64,000 nucleotides of DNA, taken from NCBI GenBank assembly GCA_951406725.2, contig OX597832.1, positions 28,458,001-28,522,000 of the forward strand. The letters are read 5' to 3'. A program made the position numbers and the translations under genes. Each line of letters starts with the position of its first letter. The first letter of the stretch is position 1. This stretch comes from Octopus vulgaris (taxonomy: Eukaryota). The notes beneath the pieces were generated by a model. The model made no database searches and was not told where the DNA came from. It saw only the letters and a list, made by a program, of their open reading frames with translations. Below, in pieces: positions 28,878 through 42,880 of this stretch.

Positions 28878-30446
28878 AGCGACGACGACAACGACGACGA
28901 TGACAACCACCACCACCACCACCACTACAACCACCATGACCACTGCTATTACTACTACTACCACGACCACCACTACAACCACCACGATTACTACTTCTAC
29001 CACCACTACAACCACCATGACCACTACTACTACCACTACCACCACGACCACCACTACAACCACCACGACCACTACTACTACCGATCCAAACCGGATCTTT
29101 TCGGTTTGGCTTCCACTTCCCAGTTCCTTGAATTTTGTGCCAATTCCTTTCAAATATGCTGCCTTGATGTCGTTTTGTATTTTACTTATGGAAAGGACAG
29201 TCGTTTTGGCTATAAATTAATAAATAAAATGTCAATAGCTTTTAAAGTTTGTAAAGTTTGAATAATTTTAGCCAATCAAAAGCTGCAGACTTATCGGTGC
29301 CTGTTTCCATTGTAACAAGCCAAGCTGTTGTCTGCTTAAATCTATTTTATCTTTATTCTGAACATTCGTTTTTGAATTTTCGTTACAAAAAAAAAAATAT
29401 TGTTTTTTCAAATTTGGTATATTGGTGTAATTTTCCCCGCTGAATCTGACTTTGTTATTCACCGTTTCCAGAAAATTTTTAGAAAAATGCACACTAAAAG
29501 TATGTTACTAATTGATTAACCGCCCAGATCATCCACTGGTCGCACTGGCTCTAAACACAAACACAGAACCTTAATTTTAACCCTAAACCACTACCTTAAA
29601 CCTAGCTCAAACCCTAAACTCCAGCCCCAACCCAAAGTCCTAACTCCAAGTTATGCCCGGTCTCCAAATGCCAGGCATCCCATCTCCTTGCCAAAGTCAG
29701 TTGCAAAAACACTAATCCATCATCTTGTGACCATCTGGTGGTGGTGGGAGGTCGACAATGGGGACGCAAACAAATTGCCAAACAGTCGGGGGAAACCAAA
29801 AATACACCAAAAAGGAAAGCGAAATAACAATAAAAAGGTATGGAAGACCCAACCCCCGACTAACGCGCGCACACACACACTTTCACACACATGCACTCAC
29901 ACACACACACTCTCACACACATACACACATGCACACAACACACGCACGCACACATACACACATGCACACACAAACACACACATGCACATAACACACGCAC
30001 TCAGTCACACACACACACTCACACACACATACACACATGCACACAACACACGCACACACACACTCACACACACATACACCCATGCACACAACACACGCAC
30101 TCAGACCCACACACACTCACACCACACACACTCACACACACAACACACGCATACACAGACAGACACACACACACACACACCTCCTTAGCGCAACAATAAT
30201 CCCGACGAAGCCGACGATATGTAGAAATTCTAACCAAGACCTCATGGACGCAATAAAAAAAAAGCTGTCTTGGTGTGACGGGTGTTGTCTGAAATATTAG
30301 CGAAGAATTTATTAAATAAGTTTGGAATGTAAAAGACATTCCAAAGACAAGCTGTGAATAATGACAACAAACTTGTCGGACAAAATCTAGCGAAACAAGA
30401 ATATCGTGAGGATGGGGTTTGTTGTCTAAGTTCAAGACAATACATA

Positions 30447-30987
30447 CGAGAGGGAGGGTGCTGAAAGGTTCCTGGCTTTAAGGGTGTCGCGAAAGGCCTG
30501 GTTGGGGGTCCACCCTTCCGAGTTCTTTTACAGGGCTTAGAAAAATTGAAGGACCCCTGCAGTAAGTGTGTGAATCTGAAAAGGGAGTATGTAAATTAGA
30601 ATCATAACCTATTTCTTTACTACACACAAGGGGCCAAACACAGAGGGGACGAACAAGGACAGACAAAGGGATCAAGTCGATTATATCGACCCCAGTGCGT
30701 AACTGGTACTTAATTAATCGACCCCGAAAGGATGAAAGGCAAAGTCAACCTCGGTGGAATTTGAACACACAACGTAACGGCAGACGAAATACCACTTAGC
30801 ATTTCGCCCGGCGCGCTAACGTTTCTGCCAGCTCGCCGCCATCCTTGGTAACACTCTCCTATGCTTGCTTGGTAAGATAGGGTATGTAGGTACCACATTG
30901 GGGTACCTACTTACACCTAGATAGGCTGCACTGATCCTTTTGTAGTTTGTTTTAGCCAAAGCCAGGAACTTTTCAGCAATACCCTCG
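30447..30987 (+). mobile_element. Mariner-derived MITE with an inserted SINE (about 30608-30840)
   Basis: TA|CGAG...GGTGCTGAAAGGTTCCTGGC and GCCAGGAACTTTTCAGC...CTCG|TA; internal remnant resembling a mariner transposase C-terminus (KCVNLKREYV). Confidence 0.75.
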
Positions 30988-31380
30988 TAAAACACAAACG
31001 GGTACCTTGGGTACTCAAGGCTCCTGAATAAGCATTGGTGGGCAAGTAGAGAGGTACCCTATCTAAAAAGACATAGCCAATGGCTTCTCACCAGTGTAGG
31101 GGTGGGTGGGCACTCTCAATGTTTTCCATCGTTTATCTTCGATTTATCTTGTTTTATTTCATATTTATACTCTTTTACTCTTTCACTTGTTTCAGTCATT
31201 TTGACTGCGGCCATGCTGGAGCACCGCCTTCAGTCGAGCAAATCGACCCCAGGACTTATTCTTTGTAAGCCTAGTACTTACTTATTCTATTGGTCTCTTT
31301 TGCCGAACCGCTAAGTTACGGGGACACAGACACACCAACATCGGTTGTCAAGCGATGTTGCGGGGACAAACACAGACACA

Positions 31381-31486
<106 letters not shown>

Positions 31487-31859
31487 CGACAGGCTTCTTT
31501 CAGTTTCCGTCTACCAAATCCACTCACAAGGCTTTGATCGGCCCGAGGCTTTAGCAGAAGATACTTGCCCAAGGTGCCACGCAGAGGGACTGAACCTGGA
31601 ACCATGTGGCTGGTAAGCAAGCTACTTACCACACAGTCACTCCAATGTATGCATGTAAATTTTTTTTAATAATTATTCATATTCGTATGCATAACAAAAA
31701 GCAAAAAAAAAACTTATCCCCCACATTCCATTGTACGTCTTCCATCCTCTCCGCATCCCCCCCGCATCTTCTTTATCTGACTCCCGCCTCCAGAGTCTTC
31801 CAGAGTTTGTTTTGACGTACATTGTAGTTTTTTAATTGCATCATTTCGAGTCTTCTTCC

Positions 31860-32183
31860 TCCACCTCCTCCTCCTCCTCCTCATCGTTGTCGTCATCATC
31901 ATCATCATCATCGTCGTCGTCATCATTATCATCATCATCATCGTCGTCGTCGTCATCATTATCATCATCATCATCGTCGTCGTCGTCATCATTATCATCA
32001 TCATCATCGTCGTCGTCGTCATCATTATCATCATCATCATCATCGTCGTCATCATTATCATCATCATCGTCGTCGTCGTCATCATTATCATCATCATCAT
32101 CATCGTCGTCATCATCATCATCATCATCATCGTCGTCGTCATCATTATTATCATCATCATCGTCGTCATCATCATCATCGTCG

Positions 32184-32215
<32 letters not shown>

Positions 32216-32528
32216 GTCATCATCATCATCATCTTCATCGTCATCATCATCATCATCATCATCATCATCGTCATCGTCGTCATCATCATCATCATCATCA
32301 TCATCGTCATCGTCGTCATCATCATCATTATCATCATCATCGTCATCGTCGTCATCATCATCATTATCATCATCATCGTCGTCGTCGTCATCATTATCAT
32401 CATCATCATCATCGTCGTCATCATTATCATCATCATCATCATCGTCGTCGTCATCATTATTATCATCATCATCGTCGTCATCATCATCATCGTCGTCATC
32501 ATCATCATCATCATCATCATCGTCATCG

Positions 32529-32563
<35 letters not shown>

Positions 32564-32765
32564 GTCATCGTCATCATCATCATCATCATCATCGTCATCG
32601 TCATCATCATCATCATCATCATCATCATCGTCGTCGTCGTCGTCGTCGTCATCATCATCGTCGTCATCGTCGTCATCATCATCATCGTCGTCGTCGTCAT
32701 CATCATCATCATCATCATCATCCTCATCATCATCATCATCATCACCACCACCTTCACCACCATCG
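31860..32765. repeat. Compound (CAT/CGT)n trinucleotide array
   Basis: Direct reading; similar arrays at 42486-43222 and 44912-45435. Confidence 0.95.
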
Positions 32766-32862
32766 CTTGTCTCAATTTTTACGTCGCAATTCGCTCCACG
32801 CCTTTATTTCAGTGCAATTGGAGCTGGGTTTGAGTGGAACAACAAAGTTTCGTGCCCAGATA

Positions 32863-32902
<40 letters not shown>

Positions 32903-33394
32903 CGTTACTATAGTTTAGTTACCACCCACTCCTCCAACCCTTCCCTTCTGCCACTTATTGACCGTATTTCTTCATAATTATGCTAATAATGGATATGTTT
33001 TTTCATGAAATCTTGATGAGATAAGTTACCAAAGATATGAATAACGACAATCATGCTGAGAAAATTAATTTTTTAAAAATTTATTATTATTATTGTTGTT
33101 GTTGTTGATGTTATTATTATGGCAGCGAGCTAGCAGAAACGTTAGCATGCCGGACGAAACGCTTAGCGGTATATCGTCTCCCGCTACGTTCTGAGTTCCA
33201 ATTCCACCGTGGTCGACTTTTCTTTTCATCCTTTCGGGGTCGATTAAATAAGTATCAGTTACGCTCTAGGGTCGTTGTAATCGACTTAATCTCCTCCCCT
33301 AAGTTGCCCTCGTGGCAAAAATTTGAAATCGTTATTATTATTATTATTAATAATAATAATAATAACAATAATATTATTGTTGTTGTTGTTATTG

Positions 33395-33718
33395 TCTTTG
33401 CACAGCTTCTAACGCTGGAGATGTACTGCGGTGTCAGCTGTTCAAGCACCATCCGGAGTATTCGAGCAGTTCCAAGCTGTGCTGTTTTCTGCAAGTGCTC
33501 CACCCTTATTGCAGCCCCTATTTGTTCCATGTACTTCTCAAGATTTTTACTCACTGTAAAAATCCGACAATTATTGGTACTACTGCTACCTTTTTCCTCG
33601 ACCACAACTGCTTAACTTCCCAAGCTAACCTGTCATATCTATCAACTTTTCTTTCTTCCTTATCGCATACCTTGTTGTCAGCTGGGCATGCTATATCTAC
33701 GACCCAGCATCATTCTTG
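33395..33718 (-). mobile_element. R4/Dong-clade LINE 3' fragment
   Basis: Minus-strand VDIACPADNKV..KVDRYDRLAWEVKQLW..VVPIIVG / HLQKTAQLGTARILRMVL (frameshifted), bounded by (TTA)n. Confidence 0.78.
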
Positions 33719-33772
<54 letters not shown>

Positions 33773-33790
33773 GAGTGAGAGAGCAGTGCA

Positions 33791-33839
<49 letters not shown>

Positions 33840-33879
33840 TTGCAGGTGGGGCCCAGTTAGAATTATTATTACTATTATT

Positions 33880-34425
33880 ATTCGGGCAGGGAAGGCAGTT
33901 TTCCATTGCTTGGTGGCTTTGGCGAAAGAGGTTGTTTAGTGGACTAGGCTGAAATGCATGAGGACAGATCCATTCCTCTTTGGTAGAGCTCTCATTTGAC
34001 TTTTTCAAGTTTCACTCGAAAAGGAAATTGTGAGTGGAGAGAGAAGTGCTGTCCTCGAGTGAGTTTATTGAAAGGTGGGCGAAAGTTGCGAAAATGGCAA
34101 GAGTGGATGGTCCCTCTCTAAGCATAAACCCGTGAGTCGAGGAGAAGGAATTGGAGAAGATACTTGCTCCTGAGTTTTCAGGGAAATCTCGGACTGTGGG
34201 GTTCCTCGATTATCCCTAGAGGCGTTCCTGTATCAGGAGGGCCACCTCTCTACCATCCACCCCGCCGTCCCTTCTTTTTCAGTGTATGCCGTGTATACTT
34301 TCTTCCTTTCTTTCTTTCTTTTATTTTTTAAAAATCATTCCATTATTATATGTAAACCCCAGCACTTTACGCCTGTCTTTGTGTTGTGTCCCTCATCCTT
34401 CGCCCTTGTGGCAAATTAAAAGAAA
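33880..34425 (+). mobile_element. Probable L1/Tx1-like LINE 3' fragment
   Basis: Decayed frame LVALAKEVV..TRLK...FFKFH..R...EREVLSSSEFIERW followed by a T-rich UTR and ATTAAA. Confidence 0.45.
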
Positions 34426-34558
34426 TCATTATTATTGTTATTGCTGTTGTTGTTACTACTCTCTTTAAGAGAAGAAATCCATAATTTTAACAATGTGTGG
34501 CTTTAATAAGAAAGTGGAGGAGAAGGAGAAGAAGAAGAAGAAGAAGAAGAAGAAGAAG

Positions 34559-34589
<31 letters not shown>

Positions 34590-34711
34590 GAAACGTGATG
34601 ACATTGCGAGTGAGAGGCGTGAAGTATGTCAGCTCATCATTTCCTTCCTTGTTTATACAATAGCTAACATATTTAGTAGTAGTAGTGGTAGTAGTAGTGG
34701 TAGTAGTAGTG

Positions 34712-34745
<34 letters not shown>

Positions 34746-35170
34746 CAGCAGCAACAGTAGTCGTGGCGGTGGTGGTGGTAGCGGTGGTGGTGGTAGTAAT
34801 TGTTGAGGAGAGAGAGGATGTCCAGAGAGAGAGAGAATGAGAAAGAAAAGAGAGAGAGATAGTGAGGAAGAGAAAGAAAGAAAGAAAAAAAAGAAAGAAA
34901 AGAGAGAACGAGAGTGTGGTGGAGAGAGGGTTGTTGTGTCGTTGTGTATTTTGGTCCGCCACTCCTTCGTTTGTGACTTGAAGGAATCTGAAGAATTGGT
35001 CGGTTTGAACAATGGCGGTCTTATTAAGTTTGTTGACGTTTTTTGTGGACAGGGACATTTTTTTCAACGACAGCAGACACCAACAATAAACTATAAAACC
35101 GACTCAGATTTCGGTTTATCATTTAGGGACACCTTGTCTGTCTTTCTAGCTGTCTGTCTGTCTCTCTTCT

Positions 35171-35213
<43 letters not shown>

Positions 35214-36258
35214 ACTCTCTCTGGGTTTCTTTTAAAATGAGCTTTTTATTAAACTACATTCTCGCTATTCTCTACACCCTGCTGGGCGTAGAGACAGTCG
35301 TGGGCATTCATAGCCGTCGTTATAGCTATGAATACCCACGTCTGTCTCTATACCAGTCATAGACACCCATTTTTCGAGAAGCGGGCCGCATGTGACAACA
35401 TGGCTCATCATTAAACGGGCCACACTGCAGAAAAAAAGTGAAGTCATTTTTTCGTTAGGCGTGCCATATAGAAAGCCCCGCAGGCCGCATACAGCCCATG
35501 ATAGCTCAATATTGTGTCACAACGGCTGTCCCTATGACCCCAATAAGAGCTGAGACCCCGAGCCAAACCCCTATACATAGCATACACACAGTACCTAGTA
35601 GCTCTGTTCTGTATATTGTGTGATATATGTGAACTCTTCACTGAAATATTTTATGGTCTCGGCACTGGAGGTTGCAGGGATTTATCTCCCCTGCGCGCGA
35701 TAGAGACATGAGTGTATTTGGTACCAAAAAGCCTAAGTGAGAGTTTCTCTCACGGTATCCACCGTAGTAAAGCTTATCCTAACAGGACATTCACGTTTAA
35801 GTAGAGATGAACATAAACTCGGTATTAATACTGTCTCTGTCGCTAATAGATATTATTTAATAAGCTAATTGGTTAGTCACGTCACCATTGCCTGTTCTGG
35901 CACTGTCAATCGATATATGTTGCCGGCGGGGAGAAGAATCACTTCTGTCTCTAGCAGTCGAATATCCGTCGTTGACAAGACCAAACAAGATCGAAATGAC
36001 GTGATCTGGTGGTCTCGGTGATTCGGGTGGTGGGGAATCATCTCAGGTGTGCATTTTGCATCAAAAAGCCAATGTGAAAGTTTCTCTCATAGCAACTACT
36101 GCAGTGAAATTTGTTGTAATAGAACATCCACGTTTAAGTGGGGATAAATATTCTATGTACAATATTTAACGGCAAATAAGATGTACACATGGTTTTACTG
36201 AAGAAAAAATTACAAAGCATCAGCCCGAATCCTTTATACGTTGTTGGGCTTATATAAT

Positions 36259-37026
36259 AGGTTATAGGAAGTTTTGCCGTAAACATTTTTGACGTAGGAA
36301 AATTCACGTTAAAAAAAGTTGCAAAGATTCGCAACAAAAAGAATATTATTCGCGTAGCTTTGCTTGCAGTTTCTATACGTTTTAAATGACCTTATCATTT
36401 TTATCATTAACTAGCAGTATCGCCCGGCGTTGCTCGGGTTTGTAAGGGAAATAACTATATAAGCATTTTTAGAGATGTAAAGTATAATAGCCATGGCTAA
36501 CCACAAAGGCGGGGTGTTACTGTAGCTTTTTACGTTCTGAGATTTAATAATACATTTTCAGAGAGTTACTTCTCTTATATAAACCGAGCGAAAATGCATT
36601 AAAAATGCGGAAAAATTATGTTAAATTTTTTTTTTAATCGTAGACTCATCGTAGACGCGCGCTAATACCCAGAAGGGCTCGATATGAATCACGACTATAA
36701 GATACCCGCTTTTGGTTAAACTGCACCGCAAAATGTGGGAGTAGTTAGGAATCTAAATCGTAGGAGACAGACACACAACTTCACTTTTATATATAAAGAT
36801 GTTTGATTTTGAATAAAGGTTTGCCTATTTAATGCTTTTATAAAACCTCTTATCGTTTTATTCATTTCTTATTTTAAGAACTGCTAATATAAGACGTTTT
36901 ATTATTGTCCGTACGATGAATTTGTCTCGGCGAATTTTCTTATAAGTCCAAATTTCTTCCAGCGTAATTTCCAACGGCAAGTTTTCTCACGGCAAGAAAT
37001 GTTAACAGCGAAATTTCCTATAACCC
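36259..37026. mobile_element. Old MITE-like element hosting the 36411 Helitron
   Basis: Imperfect inverted ends GGTTATAGGAAGTTTTGCCGTAAACATTT / AAATGTTAACAGCGAAATTTCCTATAACCC, flanked by TAAT on both sides. Confidence 0.5.
36411..36799 (-). mobile_element. Non-autonomous Helitron (same family as 40060-40460)
   Basis: Reverse-complement copy with TC 5' end, hairpin + CTAG 3' end, AT target. Confidence 0.88.
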
Positions 37027-37434
37027 TAATATAAGCAGGACTTCGGATAAACAGGGGTTATCATCTATTCTTTACCTATGGACCCCTTTGATTATTATTT
37101 TATTCTGGTTTAGTGAGACGGCAGGGGCTGAGCCCATAGCCGTCACCTTCCCTCTGAAAGTGCTTGACGGGGTTGGCAATAGTCTTTAACGATTGTAAGT
37201 CGATGGACGTCTGCTGCAGGGTAAACAATGGGATTCCAGAGGGAACACTCTGTGGAGGTGGTGGTGGGTGGGAGAAGTGGTGTGTTGCAAAGATGATGAC
37301 TGGGGTGGGTGTGTGGGGGAAGTGATGAGTGTGACGGGTGGCGTTGGTTGGATGTGGGCAAATAGTTCACGGGAGTATAAGGGAGTATTTGGGTGCTCAC
37401 AGCCAGGAACTAGCTGTGAGGAGTTGCGGGAATG

Positions 37435-37985
37435 TGAAGAAGAATAAGAAAAAAAGAGGAGGAAGAAGAAGAAGAGGAGAAGGAAGAAGAAGAAGAGGAG
37501 AAGGAAGAAGAGGAGGAAGCAGAAGGAGGAAGAAGACGTGGAAGAGGGAGAGGAGGAAGAGAAGGAAGAAGAAGAGGAGAAGGAAAAGAAGGAGGAAAAA
37601 GAGGTGGAAGAGGGAGAGGAGGAAGAGAAGAAGAAGAAGAAGAAGAGGAGAAGGAAGAGAAAGAGGAAGCGGAAGGAGGAAAAAGAGGTGGAAGAGGGAG
37701 AGGAGGAAGAGGAGGAAGAAGAGGAGGAAGAGGAGAGGAGGGGAAGAGGAGGAAGAGAAGAAGAGGAGCAGGAAAAGAAAGAGGAGGAAGATTAGGAAGA
37801 AGTGGTGGAAGAAGAAGAATCAGAAGAAGAAGAAGGAGAAGAAGAAGAAGAAGAAGAAGAAGAAGAAGAAGAAGAAGAAGAAGAAGAAGAAGAAAATTTG
37901 GGAGAAGGGGAGGAAGAAAGGGATAGAGAAGGAGAGGAGGAAGGAGAAGGGGAGGAAAAGGAGGAAGTGAAGGGAGAAGAAAATG
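37435..37985. repeat. Polypurine (GAA/GAG) low-complexity tract
   Basis: Direct reading; a similar (GA)-rich tract lies at 15900-16190. Confidence 0.9.
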
Positions 37986-40059
37986 AAAGTGGTGGTTGTG
38001 GTGGTGGTGGTGGTGGTGGTGGCGGAGATGATGCTAACGGTGATGATAGTGATGATGATGATGATGATGGTTAGTTTCTATAACAATGTGTTGGGGAAGT
38101 GAAGTGTGAATAGAGACTGGAAAATCGAAGAATTGCCAGAATAAACTCTCCTTCCTTAGCAACCTTCCTCCTCCTCTCTCCTTGTCTCTCTATGTGTGTG
38201 CGTGTGTGTGCGTGAAGCACTGACAACGACACCTCGGGGAGATGGAACCATCAACGTTGAGTGAACCAATATTTTCAGACAAGTTCTTATGACCATAAAT
38301 CTTCCGTTTTAGGCTTCCGGAATGGTTCGGACGGAATGGAGCATTTGGGAGTGGGGGAGGGGAGGGGACGGAGTGGAACTGGGCAGAATAACGGTTTCCA
38401 GTTTTGTCTCAAGGCCAGCAATTTTAGAGTGGGGTGGTTTAGTCGATTACGTCGACCCCAGTGCACGACTGGTATGTATTTTATCGATGCCGAAAGGATG
38501 AAGGGGTGGTGGAAGTTGACCTCGGCAGAATTTGAACTCGGAATTTAGAAAGCCGGTAGAAATGCCTCTGAGCATTTCGTCCGACACGCTAACGATTCTG
38601 CAAGCTCGCCGTCCCACACAGCCGGCGTAAAAATAATGGTTTCAAATTTTGGCACAGGGCCAGCAATTTTAGAGGGTCAGGGTTAGCCGGTTGCATCGAT
38701 GTCATTGCTCAACTAATATGTATCTTATTGACCCCGAAACGATGAAAAGTAAAGTAGACCTCGGCGGAATTTGAACTCAGAGCGTAAAGAGTCGGACGGA
38801 ATGCCCACCCGTCATTATAACAAAACACATGTTTTACAGAACAGCCACCCGGTAACATTAAACAATCCACACAACAAATGGGGAAGCATTCCGTCGGTTA
38901 CGACGACGAGGGTTCCGGTTGATCCGAATCAACGGAACAGCCTGCTCGTGAAATTAACGTGTAAGTGGCTGAGCACTCCACAGACACGTGTACCCATAAC
39001 GTAGTTCTCGGGGATATTCAGCGTGACACAGAGAGTGACAAGGCCGGCCCTTTGAAATACAGGTACAACAGAAACAGGAAGTAAGAGTGAGAGAAAGTTG
39101 TGGTGAAAGAGTACAGCAGGGTTCACCACCATCCCCTGCCGGAGCCTCGTGGAGCTTTTAGGTGTTTTTGCTCAATAAACACTCACAACGCCCGGTCTGG
39201 GAATCGAAACCGCGATCCTATGACCGCGAGTCCGCTGCCCTAACCGCTGGGCCATTGCGCCTCCATACACAACAAATACCCCGATGCAATCACTGTCCAA
39301 TAAAATTATGCAACATCGATATTCGATCCTTTAAAATTAAACAGGTTCTCCGTCGGTTGCCCTGTCCCTTCCTCCAGACTCAGGAAGTGGGAAAAGAAAT
39401 CCGACACATGTAATTCTATCCCGGTATTTCCCAAAATGGGACCTGGAAACTTCCAAGATTTTCTGGAAAATTGGGGATTTCCGCAAGATAAAGGAAATCT
39501 TAAAGAAATTTAATAAAAATCGATTTCTAAAACAACAGTTATTCAACATTTTCAAAATTAAAATTACCAACAAGCGTGGCTGTGTGGTAAGAAATTTACT
39601 TCCAAACCACATGGTTCCGTGTTCAATCCCACTGCGTGGCACCTTGGGTAAGTGTCTTCTACTGTAGCCTCGGACCGACCAAAGCTTTGTGAATGAATTT
39701 GAGAGACAGATACTGTGTCTATATTTATCCCACCACCACCACCACTTGACACCCGGTGTTGGTTTGTTTACGTCCCCGTAACTTTGTGGCCTGGGAAAAA
39801 CGACCGATAGAATAAGTCCCAGGTTCATTTGACAAAAATTTCTTCAAGACGGTGCCTAGTATGAGCGCAGTCCAATGACTGCAACAAAAAAGGCGAAGTT
39901 GTCCTCTGAAGGCGAAATGCAACATAGATGCGCACCAATCTGCCAAAACCTGTTGAACGTGAATACGCATGTCATCATTTTCATTCGCGCTGTATCACGT
40001 GCTCATAAGGATCTTAAATAAATTATATCTTCTTTTATGAATAAATGAACTCTCTGTAA

Positions 40060-40460
40060 TCTTTATATATAAAAGAGAAGTTGTGTGTCTGTCTCCTACG
40101 ATTTAGATTCCTAACTACTCCCACATTTTGCGGTGCAGTTTAACCAAAAGCGGGTATCTTATAGTCGTGATTCATATCGAGCTCTTCTGGGTATTAGCGC
40201 GCGTCTACGATGAGTCTACGATTTTAAAAATAATTTACCATCATTTTTTTCCATTTTAATGCATTTTTTCGCTATTATATAAGGGAAGTAACTCTCTAAA
40301 AATGTCTACGATGAGTCAACGATTAAAAAAAAAAATTACCATCATTTTTTTTCCATTTTTAATGCATTTTTTTTGCTATTTTTTTTTGCTATAACTCTCT
40401 AAAAATGCTTATATAGTTATTTCCCTTACAAACCCGAGCAACGCCGGGCGATACTGCTAG
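40060..40460 (+). mobile_element. Non-autonomous Helitron
   Basis: A|TCTTTATATATAAAAG ... CCCGAGCAACGCCGGG hairpin ... CTAG|T: canonical ends and AT target. Confidence 0.88.
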
Positions 40461-41257
40461 TTATTTCTATTTCAATTAATGTTTTACTCAAATTTGATTG
40501 ATACGGGTTGTTTGTACCGCCGAGGTCGACTTTGCCTTTCATCCTTTCGGGGTCGATAAATAAAGTACCAGTTACGCACTGGGGTCGATGTAATCGACTT
40601 AATCCCTTTGTCTGTCTTTGTTTGTCCCCTCTATGTTTAGCTCCTTGTGGGCAATAAAGAAATATATAAGCATGAATTCCGCCGTTTTTAGTGAACCATG
40701 TCAAGGTTCCACAGCAAAACACGCGAAATAGGTTTGGAAACCACTGGTTTACACAATCGGATTTTTTAATAATATAACACAACGCAGCATCCTGGTGGAC
40801 GACCAGCAGTGTTGTTAGAGTGTTGTCATCCGTGCCCTTCACTAATCCCTCTATAAAAATGCGACGAGGAATAATGTTTACCAGCATAATCTTGCTGGTA
40901 GAATTCAGTTAAACGCTTGGCTTGGCAGGGTTTACTTTGGTAATTCTTCTTCAATTTTTCCAATCTGTATTTTCACATCGCTACCACAGCACAGAGCTAT
41001 AAAAACTAACCATCATCATCATCATCATCATCACTATCATCATCGTCGTCTTCATCATTACCACCACCTCCTTTTTCTTCTCCCCCCTCCTCCTCCTCTT
41101 CCTCTTCCTCCTCCCCTTCTGCTTCACCAGCTGATCTCGTGATCCGAAACGTTTTGCTCGGACGGTCTTGAAGCGTTCAAATAAAAACGGGATCGATATC
41201 CGCTGCGGAGACATAATCTCCACTATCACCGATGATTAAACAACAACAACAACAACA

Positions 41258-41304
<47 letters not shown>

Positions 41305-41469
41305 AATAATAGACACTAAAATAATGTCGCAAAGAAGAAACAGATATTCGACACAACTATTTGTTTCCAAAAAAACTATTTGCTTCCAAAAGGATAGGCG
41401 TGATGTTGAAAAGGCCCACGATGCTGTAAAGATCGATTATTGATTAACAAAACCATAACAGAAGACTAC

Positions 41470-41800
41470 ATTATTTACATTGTTTACATTTGACGGATAT
41501 TTGTCCTCATCTTGTTTGTTGTTAACACAACGTTTCAGCTGGTATACCCTCCAGCCTTCATCAGGTGTCTTGGGGAAATTTCGAACCTGGGTTCTCATTG
41601 TTGTTGCCCTTCTTGTTGATGTTGACGACAAAACAACGATCCACGTTGGTACCAATGGTTCTAGTCTTAATCAAAGTAAAAAAGTCTCCATTTTCGGTCC
41701 AGAAATCTTGGAAAAAATCACATTCTAACGGAAGCTGTAAATATTTGGATCCACGACAAGCAGCAATAAAAATCATCAGTAGTGCATGTACTCAGTGATT
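41470..41800 (-). mobile_element. Penelope-like element 3' fragment (possible GIY-YIG C-terminal remnant + terminal repeat)
   Basis: Minus-strand KMETF..LRLEPLVP remnant followed by the terminal repeat also present at 9785-9940, carrying a hammerhead-like core. Confidence 0.55.
41524..41569 (-). ncRNA. Minimal hammerhead-like motif
   Basis: gacac-CTGATGA-a-ggctgg(agggtata)ccagct-GAAAC-GTT-gtgtt. Confidence 0.55.
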
Positions 41801-42299
41801 ATCAAAAATGACTCTACCAAAACACAGTAATATTTATTTTACTTAATATCTCATATTTTGACTTCTGTCGACGAGGAAAAGTCTGGTGTTGATTTTTGTA
41901 CAACATGGCTGCCATCGAATAGCGAAAACTATTCTAAGATTCTTGGATGAGGTTTGGGTTGGATTTCCTGAATTTGAGACCAGGAATTCCAAGAATGCAG
42001 GTGTTGAGTTCATACCAAACATATTCTTTTATTCTTTCATTGGTCTCAGTCATTGATCTGCGCCTAGGCTGGAGCACCAGTTTCAAGGTTGTATGGTTGA
42101 TTATAGTGCTATCTACGACAAAAAGGCAGAGAGTGGGACTAGGCGGGATTCGAACTCAGAATTTAAAGGGATGTTATCAAATTCCGCGAGGCATTTTGTC
42201 TGAATCAGCCATCCACCTACAAATATATATATGTATGTATTGTTGGAATAGGAAACCTGAAGGTAACCAGCAAACGGGATCCATCGAGAAATGGGGCTG

Positions 42300-42341
<42 letters not shown>

Positions 42342-42849
42342 GGCAGTCAGTCATACATACAGTTGGAGGTGGAAAAGAAGATGGGAATCATCAATTCCAA
42401 TCTTAGAACACAATTGTTTGAGAATGATTTCATGGATTCTTTAATGAAGAATCGAAGAACGAAAATGGTTTTAATAAAAGAGTAAATGATGATGAGGATG
42501 GTGGTGGTGGTGGTGGTGGTGGTGGCGGAGATAGTTGACGACAATGACTTTGACGACGATGGCGGTGTGGACGACGACGGCGATGATGATGATGATGAGG
42601 AGGAGGAGGAGGAGGGGGAGAAAGATGTCGGCGATGACGGTGACGGCGACGACGACGACGACGATGATGACGATTATGAAGATGATGACGATGACGATGA
42701 TGATGACGATGATGACGATTGATGATGATGATGATGATGATGACGATGATGATGATGAGGAGGAGGAGGAGGAAGAGGAGAAGAAAGAGGAGAAAGATGT
42801 CGGCGATGACGGTGACGGCGACAACGACGACGATTATGATGATGATGAT

Positions 42850-42880
<31 letters not shown>

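Noticed and set aside
29575-29650. Interstitial telomere-like TAACCC repeats
   Set aside because: Short and highly degenerate; cannot be told apart from C/A-rich low complexity or a transposon-internal repeat.
31714-32918. 353-360 aa poly-Met/poly-Ser ORFs (also 42430-43278 and 44833-45486 poly-His/Asp)
   Set aside because: Trinucleotide arrays open in several frames; no splice sites or unique coding flanks.
37338-38074. Lys/Arg-rich protamine-like or Glu-rich ORFs
   Set aside because: Polypurine low-complexity tract read in alternative frames; no exon structure.
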